Shown: positions 13,042-23,999, counted from the stretch's first letter. The stretch: DNA of 64,000 nt from an uncultured Coriobacteriales bacterium (GCA_963761535.1 CAVXGS010000003.1:7048-71047), one strand, 5' to 3'. Notes: generated by a model not told the origin, from the letters alone. Numbers and translations are program-made.

Positions 13042-13560
13042 ATGGCGCGCAGGGAACGTGAGCGTGAAGTCTCCGAGCTTCAGGAGAAGGTCGTATACAT
13101 CAACCGTGTGTCCAAGGTCGTCAAGGGCGGACGTCGTTTCGCCCTGACCGCGCTTGTCGTGGTCGGCGACGGTGCCGGCAATGTCGGCGTGGGCATGGGC
13201 AAGTCGCAGGAAGTGCCCCTGGCCATCCGCAAGGGCATCGAGGACGCCAAGAAGAACATGTTCAAGGTGAACCTTTCGGGTCCCACCATCCCCCACGAGG
13301 TGCTCGGCGTGTTCGGCGCCGGCCGCGTGATGCTGAAGCCAGCCGCGCCCGGTACCGGGATCATCGCGGGTGGCCCCGTTCGAGCGCTGCTCGAGCTGGC
13401 GGGCGTGAAGGACGTGCTGTCGAAGTCCCTCGGGACCGACAACGCCCTCAACGTCGTCAAGGCTGCCGCCCAGGGCCTCAAGGAGCTTTCGAGCCCGTCC
13501 GATGTCGCCCGCCGTCGCGGGATGTCCGTCGACAAGATGTACGGGCGGGAGGAGCAGTAA
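13042..13560 (+). CDS. rpsE: 30S ribosomal protein S5
   Basis: [17 protein letters not shown]...[11 protein letters not shown]. Confidence 0.95.
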   Translation: MARREREREVSELQEKVVYINRVSKVVKGGRRFALTALVVVGDGAGNVGVGMGKSQEVPLAIRKGIEDAKKNMFKVNLSGPTIPHEVLGVFGAGRVMLKPAAPGTGIIAGGPVRALLELAGVKDVLSKSLGTDNALNVVKAAAQGLKELSSPSDVARRRGMSVDKMYGREEQ

Positions 13561-13761
13561 GTGACTGCCAAGAAGACCGCGGAGAAGCACCTCCGCATCA
13601 CACAGGTCCGCAGCGCGATCGCGTGCCCCGCGGACCAGAAGGCGACCGTCAGGGCTTTGGGCCTGAAGCGGCTGCATCACACCGTGGAGAAGGTCGACAA
13701 CCCGGCCGTCCGCGGGATGATCACGAAGGTCTCTCACCTTGTTAAGGTGGAGGAAGCGTAG
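13561..13761 (+). CDS. rpmD: 50S ribosomal protein L30
   Basis: 66 aa. [31 protein letters not shown] start abuts the rpsE stop. Confidence 0.9.
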   Translation: MTAKKTAEKHLRITQVRSAIACPADQKATVRALGLKRLHHTVEKVDNPAVRGMITKVSHLVKVEEA

Positions 13762-13924
13762 GGCACTGAAGGCGCACTACCGATGGCCCGGCGGGCAGCC
13801 GGGCCGTTCGGCGTCCGTGGCGGGTCACTCGCCACAGCGCCGGACACACGAACCAGTCAGCCGGCGGCGAGCGGCCGGCACGGCGGGGGGACCCGCCGAG
13901 AGCGTAGAAAAGAGAGTCACGAAG

Positions 13925-14371
13925 ATGCAGATCCACGATCTCTTCCCGGCACCCGGTTCGCGCAAGGACCGCAAGCGCGTCGGCCGCGGTCACGGCTCCG
14001 GTCACGGCGGTCGTTCAGGCCGAGGCGACAAGGGCCAAAACTCCCGCGCCGGTGGCGGCAAGGGCCCCGGATTCGAGGGTGGGCAGAACCCGCTGCACAT
14101 GCGTCTGCCCAAGCTCCCCGGGTTCACCCCGCGCAATCGCACCGAGTACGCCGTCGTGAACGTATCCCGGCTCGACGCGCTGTTCGCTGACGGCGACGTC
14201 GTCGATGCCGAGACCCTCGTGGCCAAGGGCGTCATCAAGTCCGTCGCCTCGCCGGTCAAGGTCCTCGGCGACGGCGAGATCACCAAGAAGCTCACCGTGA
14301 AGGTCGACAAGGTCTCCGGCCCCGCCAAGGCGAAGGTCGAGGCGGCCGGAGGGACGGTCGAGACGCTGTGA
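13925..14371 (+). CDS. rplO: 50S ribosomal protein L15
   Basis: ORF 13739..14371, trimmed to ATG 13925 ([26 protein letters not shown]). Confidence 0.92.
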   Translation: MQIHDLFPAPGSRKDRKRVGRGHGSGHGGRSGRGDKGQNSRAGGGKGPGFEGGQNPLHMRLPKLPGFTPRNRTEYAVVNVSRLDALFADGDVVDAETLVAKGVIKSVASPVKVLGDGEITKKLTVKVDKVSGPAKAKVEAAGGTVETL

Positions 14372-15636
14372 ACCTGCTCGCCGCGCTGACCAACGCGTTC
14401 CGTATCCCCGACCTGCGGCGCAAGATCGTCTTCACGCTCACGGTCGTGGTGCTCTACCGCATCGGTTCGTTCATCCCCGCCCCCGGCGTGAACGTCGAGC
14501 AGGTGACGTCGATCCTCGAGCAGAACGCAGCGCTGCAGCTGCTGGGTCTGTTCTCGGGCGGCGCGCTCGAGAAGCTCGCGGTGTTCTCGCTGGGCGTCAT
14601 GCCCTACATCACCGCGTCGATCATCATGCAGCTGCTGCAGGGCGTCATCCCGACCATCGAGCAGTGGTCCAAGGAAGGCGAGACCGGCCAGCGCAAGATC
14701 ACGCAGATCACCCGCTACATGACCCTGGGTATCGCGCTGATCGAGGCTATCGGCCTGCTGACCGCCGTGTTCCGCGGCACGCTCTACACGCCCGAGGGCA
14801 TCCCGGTGTGGGTCACCCAGCTGCTCGTGGTGCTGACGCTCGTCTCCGGTACCGCGCTCATCATGTGGCTCGCCGAGCTGATCACCCAGCGCGGCATCGG
14901 TAACGGTATGTCGCTGCTGATCTTCGTCAGCATCGTCGCCCGCTTCCCGCAGGCGGCGTGGGCCGGCCTGCGCGTGGGCCAGTGGTGGCAGACCGCCCTC
15001 ATGCTCATCATCACGTTCTTCGTGATCATGGCCGTCGTGACGATGGAGCGAGCGCAACGTCGCGTGCCGGTGCAGTACGCGAAGCGCGTCGTGGGCCGCA
15101 GGGTCTACGGCGGGACTGGCACCTACATCCCGTTCAAGATCAACGGCGCGAACGTGGTGCCGATCATCTTCGCCTCGGCGATCCTGTTCTTCCCGGCCCA
15201 GATCGCGACGATCACGGGTAGCCAGTGGCTGCTCAATGTCGCCAACACGATCACGAACTCGTGGCTGTACTTCGTCCTCGACTTCGCGCTCATCGTGTTC
15301 TTCACGTACTTCTACACGGCGATCGTCTTCAACCCGATCGACCTGGCCGACAACCTGCGCAAGAACGGTGGCTTCATCCCCGGTGTCCGTCCCGGCGGCG
15401 CCACTGTGCGCTACATCGAGAACGTGCTGAACCGGCTCACGCTGCCGGGCGCGATCTTCCTGGGCCTTGTGGCGATCGGCCCGTCGCTGCTGTTCCGAGT
15501 CACCAACGTGCAGCTTCTGCAGTTCTTCGGCGGTACCTCGATCCTGATCATGGTGGGCGTCGCGCTCGAGACCATGACCCAGCTCGAAAGCCAGCTGAAG
15601 ATGCGTCACTACGACGGGTTCTTCAAGACCAGGTAG
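14368..15636 (+). CDS. secY: Preprotein translocase subunit SecY
   Basis: 422 aa, polytopic. Its GTG start overlaps the rplO stop. Canonical position after rplO. Confidence 0.96.
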   Translation: MNLLAALTNAFRIPDLRRKIVFTLTVVVLYRIGSFIPAPGVNVEQVTSILEQNAALQLLGLFSGGALEKLAVFSLGVMPYITASIIMQLLQGVIPTIEQWSKEGETGQRKITQITRYMTLGIALIEAIGLLTAVFRGTLYTPEGIPVWVTQLLVVLTLVSGTALIMWLAELITQRGIGNGMSLLIFVSIVARFPQAAWAGLRVGQWWQTALMLIITFFVIMAVVTMERAQRRVPVQYAKRVVGRRVYGGTGTYIPFKINGANVVPIIFASAILFFPAQIATITGSQWLLNVANTITNSWLYFVLDFALIVFFTYFYTAIVFNPIDLADNLRKNGGFIPGVRPGGATVRYIENVLNRLTLPGAIFLGLVAIGPSLLFRVTNVQLLQFFGGTSILIMVGVALETMTQLESQLKMRHYDGFFKTR

Positions 15637-15655
15637 CGAGTGGGGGAGGACGACG

Positions 15656-16300
15656 ATGAACATCGTGCTTCTGGGTGCGCCGGGCGCCGGCAAAGGGACG
15701 CAGGCCGAGCGGATCATCGATGAGTACTCGGTGCCGCACATATCGACCGGCGACATCCTTCGCGCCGCTGTCGCCGCGGGTACGCCCCTGGGCCTCGAGG
15801 CCAAGCGGTACATGGATGAGGGTGGGCTCGTTCCCGACGAGGTCGTGATCGGCCTCGTCAAGGAGCGGCTGACCCAGCCGGATACCGAGAAGGGGTTCAT
15901 CCTCGACGGCTTCCCTCGCACCCTGCCCCAGGCCGAGGCGCTCGACGGCGCGCTCGCCGAGGTGGGCAAGGCGATCGATATCGCGCTTGCGGTCGTCGTC
16001 GACCCCGAGGTCATCGTCGGCCGCCTCACCGCGCGCCGCACGTGCAAGGAATGCGGCAAGATCACGACGGTCTCGGCGCTGCAGGACGGGAAGTGCCCGT
16101 ACTGCGGTGGCGAGGTCTACCAGCGCGACGACGACAACGAGACCACGGTCCGCAACCGCCTCAACGTGTACGCCGAGAGCACGGCCCCGCTGGTCGGCTA
16201 CTACGGCGGCAAGAGCGTGCTCGTCGAGGTAGACGGCGACCGTCCGGTCGACGAGGTGTGGGCCGACGTCAAGGCGGCATTGGAGAAGACCGCGGCGTGA
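15656..16300 (+). CDS. adk: Adenylate kinase (four-Cys zinc lid)
   Basis: MNIVLLGAPGAGKGTQA P-loop. Lid sequence CKECG...CPYCG. Confidence 0.95.
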   Translation: MNIVLLGAPGAGKGTQAERIIDEYSVPHISTGDILRAAVAAGTPLGLEAKRYMDEGGLVPDEVVIGLVKERLTQPDTEKGFILDGFPRTLPQAEALDGALAEVGKAIDIALAVVVDPEVIVGRLTARRTCKECGKITTVSALQDGKCPYCGGEVYQRDDDNETTVRNRLNVYAESTAPLVGYYGGKSVLVEVDGDRPVDEVWADVKAALEKTAA

Positions 16301-17046
16301 TCGTCCGCAAGTCAGCAGCAGAGATCGAGATCATGCGAGAGGCCGGGCGGGTTTCCGCCCGGGCTCTTCGTCTTGTGGGCGAGGCGGTTCGTCCTGGTGT
16401 CACCACCGCGGAGCTCGACGACCTTGCCGAGCAGGCCATCCGCTCGGAGGGCGGGCGTCCGGCGTTCAAGGGATACCACGGTTTCCCCAAGACCCTGTGC
16501 ACGTCGCCCAACGACCAGGTGGTGCACGGGATCCCGTCTCGGAAGGTTCGCCTCGCCGAGGGAGACATCCTCTCGGTGGACGTGGGCGCGATCGTGAACG
16601 GCTACTACGGCGACAACGCAGCCACCTTCGCCGTGGGCGTCGTGACGGACGAGGCGCAGCGGCTGATCGACGCGACGAAGCGATCGCTCGAGGTGGGCGT
16701 GCAGCAGTGTCGGGCAGGCAACCGCCTGTTCGACATCGGTGCCGCCGTACAGCGGGTCGCCGAGAGTGCGGGGTTCAGCGTGGTGAGGGAGTATGTCGGG
16801 CACGGGATCGGAGTTTCGATGCACGAGGACCCCAACGTGCCCAACTTCGGCCAGGCGGGCACGGGTCCCGAGCTGCTCGAAGGCATGGTACTGGCGATCG
16901 AGCCCATGGTGAACGCGGGTGGCGCGCCGGTGCGGCAGCTCGACGACGGGTGGACCGTGGTGACCCAGGATGGTCGCCTCTCGGCGCACTTCGAGCATAC
17001 GGTGGCGATCACGGCGGAAGGGCCGCTCGTCCTGACAGCGGAGTAG
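16297..17046 (+). CDS. map: Type I methionine aminopeptidase
   Basis: ORF 16042..17046, trimmed to GTG 16297 (GTGA overlap with the adk stop). Metal ligands lie in the VDVGA, HGIG and EPM contexts. Confidence 0.93.
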   Translation: MIVRKSAAEIEIMREAGRVSARALRLVGEAVRPGVTTAELDDLAEQAIRSEGGRPAFKGYHGFPKTLCTSPNDQVVHGIPSRKVRLAEGDILSVDVGAIVNGYYGDNAATFAVGVVTDEAQRLIDATKRSLEVGVQQCRAGNRLFDIGAAVQRVAESAGFSVVREYVGHGIGVSMHEDPNVPNFGQAGTGPELLEGMVLAIEPMVNAGGAPVRQLDDGWTVVTQDGRLSAHFEHTVAITAEGPLVLTAE

Positions 17047-17082
17047 GCGACGGCGGTCGTTTCGAGCGAGAACGGTTCGTTC

Positions 17083-17111
17083 TGGACGGGCAGGGGACGC
17101 GGAGGTATACT
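17083..17111 (+). promoter_or_regulatory. Possible internal promoter ahead of infA (TGGACG-17 nt-TATACT)
   Basis: Hexamers read from the sequence in the 105-nt map-infA spacer. Confidence 0.35.
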
Positions 17112-17151
17112 ACCCTCTTGCGTCTGAAGGGTGCGTACGGGAAAGGGTTAC

Positions 17152-17373
17152 GTGGCGAAGCGAGAAGACTCGATCGAGCTCGAGGGCGTGGTAGTCGAGC
17201 CTCTGCCGAACGCGATGTTTCGGGTGGAGCTGGACAATGGCCACAAGGTACTCGCGCATATCTCGGGCAAGATGCGTATGCACTACATCCGCATCCTGCC
17301 GGGCGATCGGGTCACGGTGGAGCTCTCCCCGTACGACCTGTCTCGCGGTCGCATCACCTACCGGTACAAGTAA
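17152..17373 (+). CDS. infA: Translation initiation factor IF-1
   Basis: ORF 17131..17373, trimmed to GTG 17152 ([27 protein letters not shown]), giving 73 aa. Confidence 0.93.
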   Translation: MAKREDSIELEGVVVEPLPNAMFRVELDNGHKVLAHISGKMRMHYIRILPGDRVTVELSPYDLSRGRITYRYK

Positions 17374-17516
17374 GGCCTCACGCCCCCCGGGGTACTAGCT
17401 ACACCCGGCGGCGTGTTTGGGTGTGACGAGCGCGAACGAAGGTACGACAAACGACGCCTGCGGCTGGGCGTGCAGATAGAGCGTTGAGTTCGGTCCGAGC
17501 GAAAGGGACCCGTGCA

Positions 17517-17630
17517 ATGAAGGTCCGTCCTTCAGTCAAGAAGATGTGTGACAAGTGCAAGATCATCCGGCGCCACGGTCGGGTCCTCGTGATTTGCGAG
17601 AACCCCCGTCATAAGCAGCGCCAGGGCTAG
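17517..17630 (+). CDS. rpmJ: 50S ribosomal protein L36 (zinc form)
   Basis: Absent from the ORF track because it is under 60 aa. Hand translation gives [37 protein letters not shown] (37 aa). Confidence 0.9.
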   Translation: MKVRPSVKKMCDKCKIIRRHGRVLVICENPRHKQRQG

Positions 17631-17648
17631 CAGGAGGGAGCACTACCG

Positions 17649-18023
17649 TTGGCCCGTATCTCCGGTGTCGACCTGCCGCGCGAGAAGCGCGTTGAGATCG
17701 GCCTGACCTACATCTTTGGGATCGGGCTCACTACGAGCCAGACGATCCTGCGCGAGACCGGCATCAATCCGGACACTCGCGTTCGCGACCTCACTGAAGA
17801 AGAGGTCGTGCGCCTTCGTGAGTACATCGACCGCAACCTCAAGGTGGAGGGTGACCTTCGCCGAGAGACGAGCCAGAACATCAAGCGGCTCATGGAGATC
17901 GGCTGCTACCGCGGCCTTCGCCATCGCCGCGGGCTGCCCGTCCGTGGACAGCGCACGCACACCAACGCGCGCACTCGGAAGGGTCCCCGCCGGCAGATCG
18001 GCGCGAAGAAGAAGGGCAAGTAG
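17649..18023 (+). CDS. rpsM: 30S ribosomal protein S13
   Basis: TTG start. [25 protein letters not shown]. Confidence 0.95.
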   Translation: MARISGVDLPREKRVEIGLTYIFGIGLTTSQTILRETGINPDTRVRDLTEEEVVRLREYIDRNLKVEGDLRRETSQNIKRLMEIGCYRGLRHRRGLPVRGQRTHTNARTRKGPRRQIGAKKKGK

Positions 18024-18026
18024 TCG

Positions 18027-18428
18027 ATGGCTGCCAAGAAGAAGACCGCACGTACTCGCGTCAAGCGCAGCGAACGCAAGAACATCGCTGTGGGCCAGGC
18101 GCATATCCGCTCCACGTTCAACAACACCATCGTGAGCATCACAGACCCCTCAGGCAACGTGATCTCCTGGCAGTCGGCGGGCACCGTCGGCTTCAAGGGC
18201 TCTCGCAAGTCCACGCCGTTCGCCGCGCAGATGGCCGCCGAGGCCGCCGCGAAGATGGCACAGGAGCACGGCCTGCGTAAGGTGTCCGTTTTCGTGAAGG
18301 GTCCGGGTTCGGGTCGCGAGACTGCGATCCGTTCGCTGCAGGCCGCTGGCCTCGAGATCGCCAGCATCCAGGACTGCACGCCTGTCCCTCACAACGGCTG
18401 CCGGCAGCGCAAGCGCCGTCGGGTCTAG
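18027..18428 (+). CDS. rpsK: 30S ribosomal protein S11
   Basis: [22 protein letters not shown]... Confidence 0.95.
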   Translation: MAAKKKTARTRVKRSERKNIAVGQAHIRSTFNNTIVSITDPSGNVISWQSAGTVGFKGSRKSTPFAAQMAAEAAAKMAQEHGLRKVSVFVKGPGSGRETAIRSLQAAGLEIASIQDCTPVPHNGCRQRKRRRV

Positions 18429-18450
18429 GAATCCGGGAGGAATTCGAAAT

Positions 18451-19077
18451 ATGGCTCGCTACACCGGGGCGGACTGTCGCTTGTGCCGCCGCGAGACAAC
18501 GAAGCTATTCCTGAAGGGCGACCGCTGCTACACCGACAAGTGTGCGGTGGAGCGTCGTCCCTTCCCGCCGGGACAAGCCGGCAAGAAGCGTCCGCGGGAC
18601 TCGGAGTACCGGGTCCAGCTGCGCGAGAAGCAGAAGGCCAAGCGTATCTACGGCCTGCTCGAGAAGCAGTTCCGCATCTACTACGAGCTGGCGACCCGCC
18701 AGAAGGGCATCACGGGCGAGAACCTGCTTCGCCTGCTTGAGAGCCGTCTGGACAACGTCGTGTACCGCCTTGGTTTCGCCAAGTCGCGTGACGAGGCCCG
18801 CCAGATCGTGCGTCACAACCACATCACCGTGAACGGGCGCAAGGTCAACATTCCTTCGTACCGCGTGCGCCCCGGCGAGATCGTGGCGATCGCATCCAAG
18901 TCGAAGGACCTGCTGGTCATCAAGACCGCGCTCATCTCCTCGGAGAAGACCACGATCCCAGGCTGGCTCGAGGTCGACATCGAGAAGCTTCAGGGCAAGG
19001 TCCTGTCGCTGCCGACGCGCGAGATGATCGACGCGCCGGTTCGCGAGCAGCTTATCGTCGAGCTCTACTCGAAGTAG
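18451..19077 (+). CDS. rpsD: 30S ribosomal protein S4
   Basis: [15 protein letters not shown]... S4 domain, 208 aa. Confidence 0.95.
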   Translation: MARYTGADCRLCRRETTKLFLKGDRCYTDKCAVERRPFPPGQAGKKRPRDSEYRVQLREKQKAKRIYGLLEKQFRIYYELATRQKGITGENLLRLLESRLDNVVYRLGFAKSRDEARQIVRHNHITVNGRKVNIPSYRVRPGEIVAIASKSKDLLVIKTALISSEKTTIPGWLEVDIEKLQGKVLSLPTREMIDAPVREQLIVELYSK

Positions 19078-19108
19078 GACGACCCACCTACCCCAAGGAG
19101 GCTGTTGC

Positions 19109-20050
19109 ATGACAGAGTTCATGCGTCCCGAGGTAACGGTCGACCGCATCGACGACCGAACCGCTCGCTACATCGTCGAGCCGCTCGAGCGCGGCTTCGG
19201 CTACACACTGGGCAACTGCATGCGTCGCGTGCTGCTGTCGTCGCTCGAGGGCGCTGCCGCCACGTCGATCCGCATCGAGGGCGTGCACCACGAGTTCACC
19301 GCGATCGAGGGCGTCCGTGAGGACGTCACCGACGTGGTGCTCAACGTGAAGGGTCTCGTGTTCCGTGACGCCGGTCTGGGCGCCGAGGACGCGGTCGCGA
19401 CCCTGTCGGTGTCGGGTCCCGCCGAGGTGACCGGTGCCGACCTCAAGGTTCCCGCCGAGTTCGAGCTGGTGAACCCCGAGCACGTCATCGCGCACCTGAA
19501 CAAGGGCGCGAAGCTGGACATGAGCATTCGCATCGGTGTGGGCCGCGGGTACGTCTCGGCAGACCGCAACAAGCGCGCCGAGGACCCGATCGGTGTCATC
19601 ACCGTCGACTCGCTGTTCAGCCCCGTGTCTCGCTGTACCTACATGGTGGAGAACACCCGTGTCGGGCAGCGCACCGACTACGACAAACTCACCGTCGAAG
19701 TCGAGACCGATGGCGCAGCGGACCCGAACGATGCCGTCGCTCGCGCCGGCAAGATCCTGAACGAGCACATGGTGCTGTTCGTGGACCAGGCTGCTACGCC
19801 GCTCGACGAGGAGGGCATCTTCGCCGCTCCCGTCGACGAGAGCCAGAGCGTGCTGGACACGCCGATCGAGGAGCTGGACCTCTCAGTCCGCTCGTACAAC
19901 TGCCTCAAGCGCCAGGGCGTCAACACCATCGGTCAGCTGACCGAGTGCTCCGAGAACGACCTGCTGAACATCCGCAACTTCGGCGCGAAGTCGATCGAAG
20001 AGGTCAAGGACAAGCTCCAGCAGATGAGCCTCGGCCTGAAGAACTCGTAG
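19109..20050 (+). CDS. rpoA: RNA polymerase subunit alpha
   Basis: 313 aa. NTD dimerisation region plus CTD ([22 protein letters not shown]...). Confidence 0.96.
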   Translation: MTEFMRPEVTVDRIDDRTARYIVEPLERGFGYTLGNCMRRVLLSSLEGAAATSIRIEGVHHEFTAIEGVREDVTDVVLNVKGLVFRDAGLGAEDAVATLSVSGPAEVTGADLKVPAEFELVNPEHVIAHLNKGAKLDMSIRIGVGRGYVSADRNKRAEDPIGVITVDSLFSPVSRCTYMVENTRVGQRTDYDKLTVEVETDGAADPNDAVARAGKILNEHMVLFVDQAATPLDEEGIFAAPVDESQSVLDTPIEELDLSVRSYNCLKRQGVNTIGQLTECSENDLLNIRNFGAKSIEEVKDKLQQMSLGLKNS

Positions 20051-20060
20051 GAGATACCAG

Positions 20061-20414
20061 ATGCGACACATGAAGAAGGGCCGCAAGCTGGGCACCGACG
20101 CCAGCCACACCAAGGCGATGCTCAAGGGCCTCGCCGTCGCGGTGCTGGTGAACGAGCGCATCAAGACCACCGAGGCTCGTGCCAAGGAGGTCCGCCCCAT
20201 GGTCGAGAAGGCCATCACGTGGGGCAAGCGCGGCGACGTGCATTCGCGTCGTCTCGCGCTGGCGGCGCTCGGCGATCAGGCTGCGGTCAAGAAGCTGTTC
20301 GACGACATCGCGCCGCGGTTCGAGGAGCGCGAGGGTGGCTACACCCGCGTGCTGCACCTCGGTCCCCGCAAGGGTGACGCCGCTCCGATGGTCATCCTCG
20401 AGCTGGTCGACTAG
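20061..20414 (+). CDS. rplQ: 50S ribosomal protein L17
   Basis: [21 protein letters not shown]... 117 aa. Confidence 0.95.
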   Translation: MRHMKKGRKLGTDASHTKAMLKGLAVAVLVNERIKTTEARAKEVRPMVEKAITWGKRGDVHSRRLALAALGDQAAVKKLFDDIAPRFEEREGGYTRVLHLGPRKGDAAPMVILELVD

Positions 20415-20447
20415 CCCTCGGGCAGACCAGCGCCATAACGTAGGATG

Positions 20448-20477
20448 AGAGGGCCCCAGTCGGGGCCCTCTTTGTTT
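20448..20477 (+). terminator. Rho-independent terminator after rplQ
   Basis: Perfect 10-bp GC stem AGAGGGCCCC/GGGGCCCTCT, loop AGTC, followed by TTGTTT. Confidence 0.7.
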
Positions 20478-20524
20478 CCCCGGCGGGCAGCCGGGCGCCC
20501 GATGACGGCAGGAGAGCCAAACGC

Positions 20525-21343
20525 GTGATCGCGTTCGAGTCAGTCAGCTACCGCTACCCCGGCCACCCCTCGGCGCATCCGGCACTGCGGGATGCGTCGC
20601 TGCGGTTCGAAGAAGGCGAACTCGTGGTGGTGCTCGGCGCGAACGGGTCGGGCAAGTCGACGCTCGCGCTGCTCGCGAACGGGCTGCTGCTGCCGGGCGA
20701 GGGACGCGTGCTCGTCGACGGGATCGACACCCGCGAGGAGACTCGGGCCTTCGAGGTGCGGGCCCGGGTGGGACTCGTGCTGCAGAACCCCGACAACCAG
20801 ATCGTCGCTACCACGGTCGAGGAGGATGTCGCCTTCGGGCCCGAGAACCTCGCGATGCCGCGAGACGAGATCCGGCGCCGAGTGGACGACGCGCTGGCCG
20901 CGGTAGGCCTCACCGGGCTCGAGCGTCGCGAGCCCCATCTGCTCTCGGGCGGCCAGAAGCAGCGACTCGCGATCGCCGGCGTGCTCGCCCTCGACCCTCG
21001 GTACCTGCTGTTCGACGAGCCCGCCTCGATGTTGGATGCCACCGGGCGACAGGAGTTCGATGCCGTCGTCGGCAAGCTCAGGGCGCAGGGGAGGGGCATC
21101 GTGCTGATCACGCACGACCTCGCGTCCGTTGCGTCGGCAGATCGCGTCGTGGTACTCGACGGAGGTGTCGTCGCGTTCGACGGCGACCCGGCAGAGGTCC
21201 TGGCGTCGCGGCGGCGTCTCGACGGGTGGGGGTTGGAACTGCCCGCGGTGGGGCTGCTCGGCGAGGAGCTGCGACGCCTGGGTGTGGAGCTGCCTGCCGA
21301 GGCGATCACGCCGCGCGCCTTCGCGGAGGCGCTGTGTCGCTGA
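20525..21343 (+). CDS. ecfA1: ECF transporter ATPase component
   Basis: Walker A GANGSGKST, LSGGQKQR signature, Walker B LLFDEP. First of a tandem ABC ATPase pair followed by ecfT. Confidence 0.85.
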   Translation: MIAFESVSYRYPGHPSAHPALRDASLRFEEGELVVVLGANGSGKSTLALLANGLLLPGEGRVLVDGIDTREETRAFEVRARVGLVLQNPDNQIVATTVEEDVAFGPENLAMPRDEIRRRVDDALAAVGLTGLERREPHLLSGGQKQRLAIAGVLALDPRYLLFDEPASMLDATGRQEFDAVVGKLRAQGRGIVLITHDLASVASADRVVVLDGGVVAFDGDPAEVLASRRRLDGWGLELPAVGLLGEELRRLGVELPAEAITPRAFAEALCR

Positions 21344-22182
21344 GACTCGACACCGTCTCCTACACCTACGCGCCCGGCACCTCGTACGCGCAAGCCGCGC
21401 TTCGCGGGGTGACGCTCGAGGTCGACCGCGGCGAGCTGGCTCTCGTGGTCGGCGCGACGGGTTCCGGCAAGTCGACGCTGCTGCGGGTCGCGGCGGGCCT
21501 GCTGGCCGCTGACGAGGGGACGGCGACCCTCGACGGGGATGTCCTCACGCCCGAGACCGCGCGGGGGCGGATCGGACTCGTGTTCCAGCATCCCGAGTCC
21601 CAGCTGTTCGCCGAGAGCGTGCTGGCGGACGTGGCCTTCGGGCCTCGCAACCTGGGCGCCGAGGACGCCGAAGCGGACCGCCTCGCGGTCGAGGCGCTCG
21701 AGGCGGTAGGGCTCGATCCCGACGCCTTCCGGGAACGATCCCCGTTCGCGCTTTCGGGCGGCGAGGCGCGGCGCGTTGCCATCGCCGGTGTGCTCGCCAT
21801 GCGTCCGTCCTACTTGCTGCTCGACGAGCCCACGGCGGGGCTCGACGCCCGCGGCCGTGCGGCTGTCCGTCAGGCGCTGGAGCGCATCCGCGACGAGGTC
21901 GGCATCGTCGTGGTCAGTCACGACGCCGAGGAGTTTCTGGGCGAGGCGGGGGACGTGCTCGTGCTGGAGGACGGGACGACCGCCTACAGCGGCACCGTCG
22001 CCCAGCTTCTCGCAGAACCCTCGCCACTGCGGGAATCCGGCGTTGGGCTGCCTCCGCTGCTCGAGGCGCAGGTGCTCGCTGCCGAGCTCGGCTGCGCGCC
22101 CCGCCAGCTCGCGGCCACGCCCGAAGCCGCCGCGTCGCTGATCGCCGAGGCGCTGGGCCGTGGCGGAACGGATGGCCGATGA
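21334..22182 (+). CDS. ecfA2: ECF transporter ATPase component
   Basis: ORF 21226..22182, trimmed to GTG 21334 (10-nt overlap with ecfA1). GATGSGKST, LSGGEARR, LLLDEP. Confidence 0.85.
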   Translation: MSLRLDTVSYTYAPGTSYAQAALRGVTLEVDRGELALVVGATGSGKSTLLRVAAGLLAADEGTATLDGDVLTPETARGRIGLVFQHPESQLFAESVLADVAFGPRNLGAEDAEADRLAVEALEAVGLDPDAFRERSPFALSGGEARRVAIAGVLAMRPSYLLLDEPTAGLDARGRAAVRQALERIRDEVGIVVVSHDAEEFLGEAGDVLVLEDGTTAYSGTVAQLLAEPSPLRESGVGLPPLLEAQVLAAELGCAPRQLAATPEAAASLIAEALGRGGTDGR

Positions 22183-22973
22183 GCATCCCGGTGCCGTTCG
22201 GTCAGTTCGTCCCTGGCGACAGTCCCCTTCATCGGCTGGAGCCCCGCGTCAAGATCGCGGTCACGGCAGCGTTCAGCATCGCGCTGTTCCTGGTGGGGTC
22301 GTGGCTCGGCCTCGCAGTCTGCGCGGCCCTCGTGGTCGCCGCGGTCGTGCTCTCGGGGATCCCCTGGCGACTGGTCGCACGCGGCCTGGTCCCGATCGCG
22401 CTCGTGCTCGCCTTCACCGTCGGAGTGAACGCGATCGTGCGCTCGGGATCTCCCGACAGCGTTCTCGCGGTGGGACCGATCGCCATCTCGATCCCGGGGC
22501 TCGAGCGCGGTCTGTTCTTCGCGCTGCGCATCGTCGTGCTCGTGCTGGGCACGACGCTGGTGACCCTCACGACGTCGCCCGTCGCGCTGACCGACGCGCT
22601 CGCCAGGCTCCTCTCTCCGCTAGAACGCGTCCGTTTCCCCGCCACCGACGTCGCGATGATGCTGTCGGTGGCGCTGCGCTTCATCCCCACCACCGCCGAG
22701 GAAGCCGAGACGATCGTGGTCGCCCAGGCCGCCCGGGGCGCGCGGTTCGGCGAGGGTGGACCGATCCGAAGGGCGCGCGCGTACGCGCCGGTGCTCGTGC
22801 CTCTGTTCGTCGCCCTGTTCCGCCGGGCGAACGATCTCGCGCTCGCGATGGACGCTCGCTGCTATCGCGGAGCCGGCAGGACGCGACTCCACGAGAGCCG
22901 CTTGCGGCCGGCCGACTGGTCAGTGCTCGGCATCGGGCTCGCCGCCGCACTGGCCTTGGCGGTATACCTGTGA
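22179..22973 (+). CDS. ecfT: ECF transporter transmembrane (T) component
   Basis: 264 aa, polytopic. ATGA overlap with ecfA2. CbiQ/EcfT-like ARG..F motif region (AQAARGARFGEG). Confidence 0.85.
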   Translation: MSIPVPFGQFVPGDSPLHRLEPRVKIAVTAAFSIALFLVGSWLGLAVCAALVVAAVVLSGIPWRLVARGLVPIALVLAFTVGVNAIVRSGSPDSVLAVGPIAISIPGLERGLFFALRIVVLVLGTTLVTLTTSPVALTDALARLLSPLERVRFPATDVAMMLSVALRFIPTTAEEAETIVVAQAARGARFGEGGPIRRARAYAPVLVPLFVALFRRANDLALAMDARCYRGAGRTRLHESRLRPADWSVLGIGLAAALALAVYL

Positions 22974-22984
22974 GCGGCACAGAC

Positions 22985-23854
22985 ATGCAAACCGGCGACG
23001 AACGATGGAGCCAGATGAGCGTGGAAGCGAATCGGGCCGCTCGGGTCGAAGAAGCGGCGGACGGCGACGCGGCAGGTGCCGTTGCCCTTACGGTGGCGTA
23101 CGATGGCGCGTCCTTCAGCGGCTTCGCCCGCCAGCCCGGACGCGAGACCGTCCAGGGTCGGCTCGAGGTCGCCCTGGCCACCGTGCTGCGGCGTGAGGTC
23201 GCAACCGTGGGTGCGGGAAGGACCGACGCCGGCGTCCACGCGTTGGGGCAGGTGGTGAGCTTCGAGGGAGACGGCGCGAACGGGTCCCCCGCGATCGACC
23301 TGCGCACCCTTCCACGGTCGCTCACCGCGCTCGCGGGGCCGGGAATCGTGGTCCGCGAGGCCCGGCTCGCCCGCCCGGGGTTCTCGGCGCGCTTCGATGC
23401 GGTGCGCCGCGAGTACCGATACCGACTCGCCGTCGGGGCCGTACCGCCGCTGTTCCTCTCGCGGTTCTCGTGGCACGTGGCCGCGGACCTCGATCTCGCC
23501 GCGATGGAGCAGGCCGCTCGCGCACTCCTCGGCGAGCACGACTTCCGTTCGTTCTGCGTGACCGAGTCCGCCGAGGACAAGAACACGGTCCGCGGTCTCG
23601 AGGAGGTCGAGCTGCTCGTCGAGCGGCAACTGGGGGAGGACTGCGTCGTGGTGCGAGTGGTGGGGAACGCCTTCCTGCACTCGATGGTCCGCGTGATCGT
23701 CGGGTCGCTCGTGGAGGTCGGTGCGGGCCGACGCGACCCCGACTGGCTGGGAGAGGCGCTCGAGGCGCGGACTCGTGCTGCCGCGGGCCCGACAGCCCCG
23801 CCTCTCGGCCTGACGTTCTGGCAGGTCACGTACCCGGACGACGTCTGGGCGTAG
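22985..23854 (+). CDS. truA: tRNA pseudouridine(38-40) synthase TruA
   Basis: Distal part of ORF 22160..23854. LTVAYDGASFSGFARQPG...GAGRTDAGVHALGQV catalytic Asp motif. The start is ATG 22985 or ATG 23015. Confidence 0.88.
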   Translation: MQTGDERWSQMSVEANRAARVEEAADGDAAGAVALTVAYDGASFSGFARQPGRETVQGRLEVALATVLRREVATVGAGRTDAGVHALGQVVSFEGDGANGSPAIDLRTLPRSLTALAGPGIVVREARLARPGFSARFDAVRREYRYRLAVGAVPPLFLSRFSWHVAADLDLAAMEQAARALLGEHDFRSFCVTESAEDKNTVRGLEEVELLVERQLGEDCVVVRVVGNAFLHSMVRVIVGSLVEVGAGRRDPDWLGEALEARTRAAAGPTAPPLGLTFWQVTYPDDVWA

Positions 23855-23882
23855 GGTGGATACGCCCGGGCGCGTGTTTTCG

Positions 23883-23911
23883 TTGACGCACCCCACCGCG
23901 ATGGCTAGAAT
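23883..23911 (+). promoter_or_regulatory. Putative promoter of rplM-rpsI (TTGACG-17 nt-TAGAAT)
   Basis: Near-consensus hexamers read from the sequence, about 90 nt upstream of the rplM TTG start. Confidence 0.5.
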
Positions 23912-23999
23912 GGCAGGGTTCGTCTAGGCCCCGTGAAACCGACAACGAACACTCGCGGTCCGTCCAGGGACCGTACAGGCTTCTCACAGGAGGAATCCG

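Noticed and set aside
10311-17630. Zinc-ribbon (Cys-containing) forms of L24, S14 (type Z) and L36 as something unusual.
   Set aside because: C+ forms of these proteins are well documented (for example Thermus L24, and type-Z S14 in many Gram-positives). They carry no novelty beyond indicating that no Zn-independent paralogues are in view.
22160-23854. 564-aa plus-strand ORF spanning ecfT and truA.
   Set aside because: Only the last ~290 codons (from ATG 22985) match TruA. The upstream part is an alternative frame of ecfT with Arg/Pro-rich nonsense composition.
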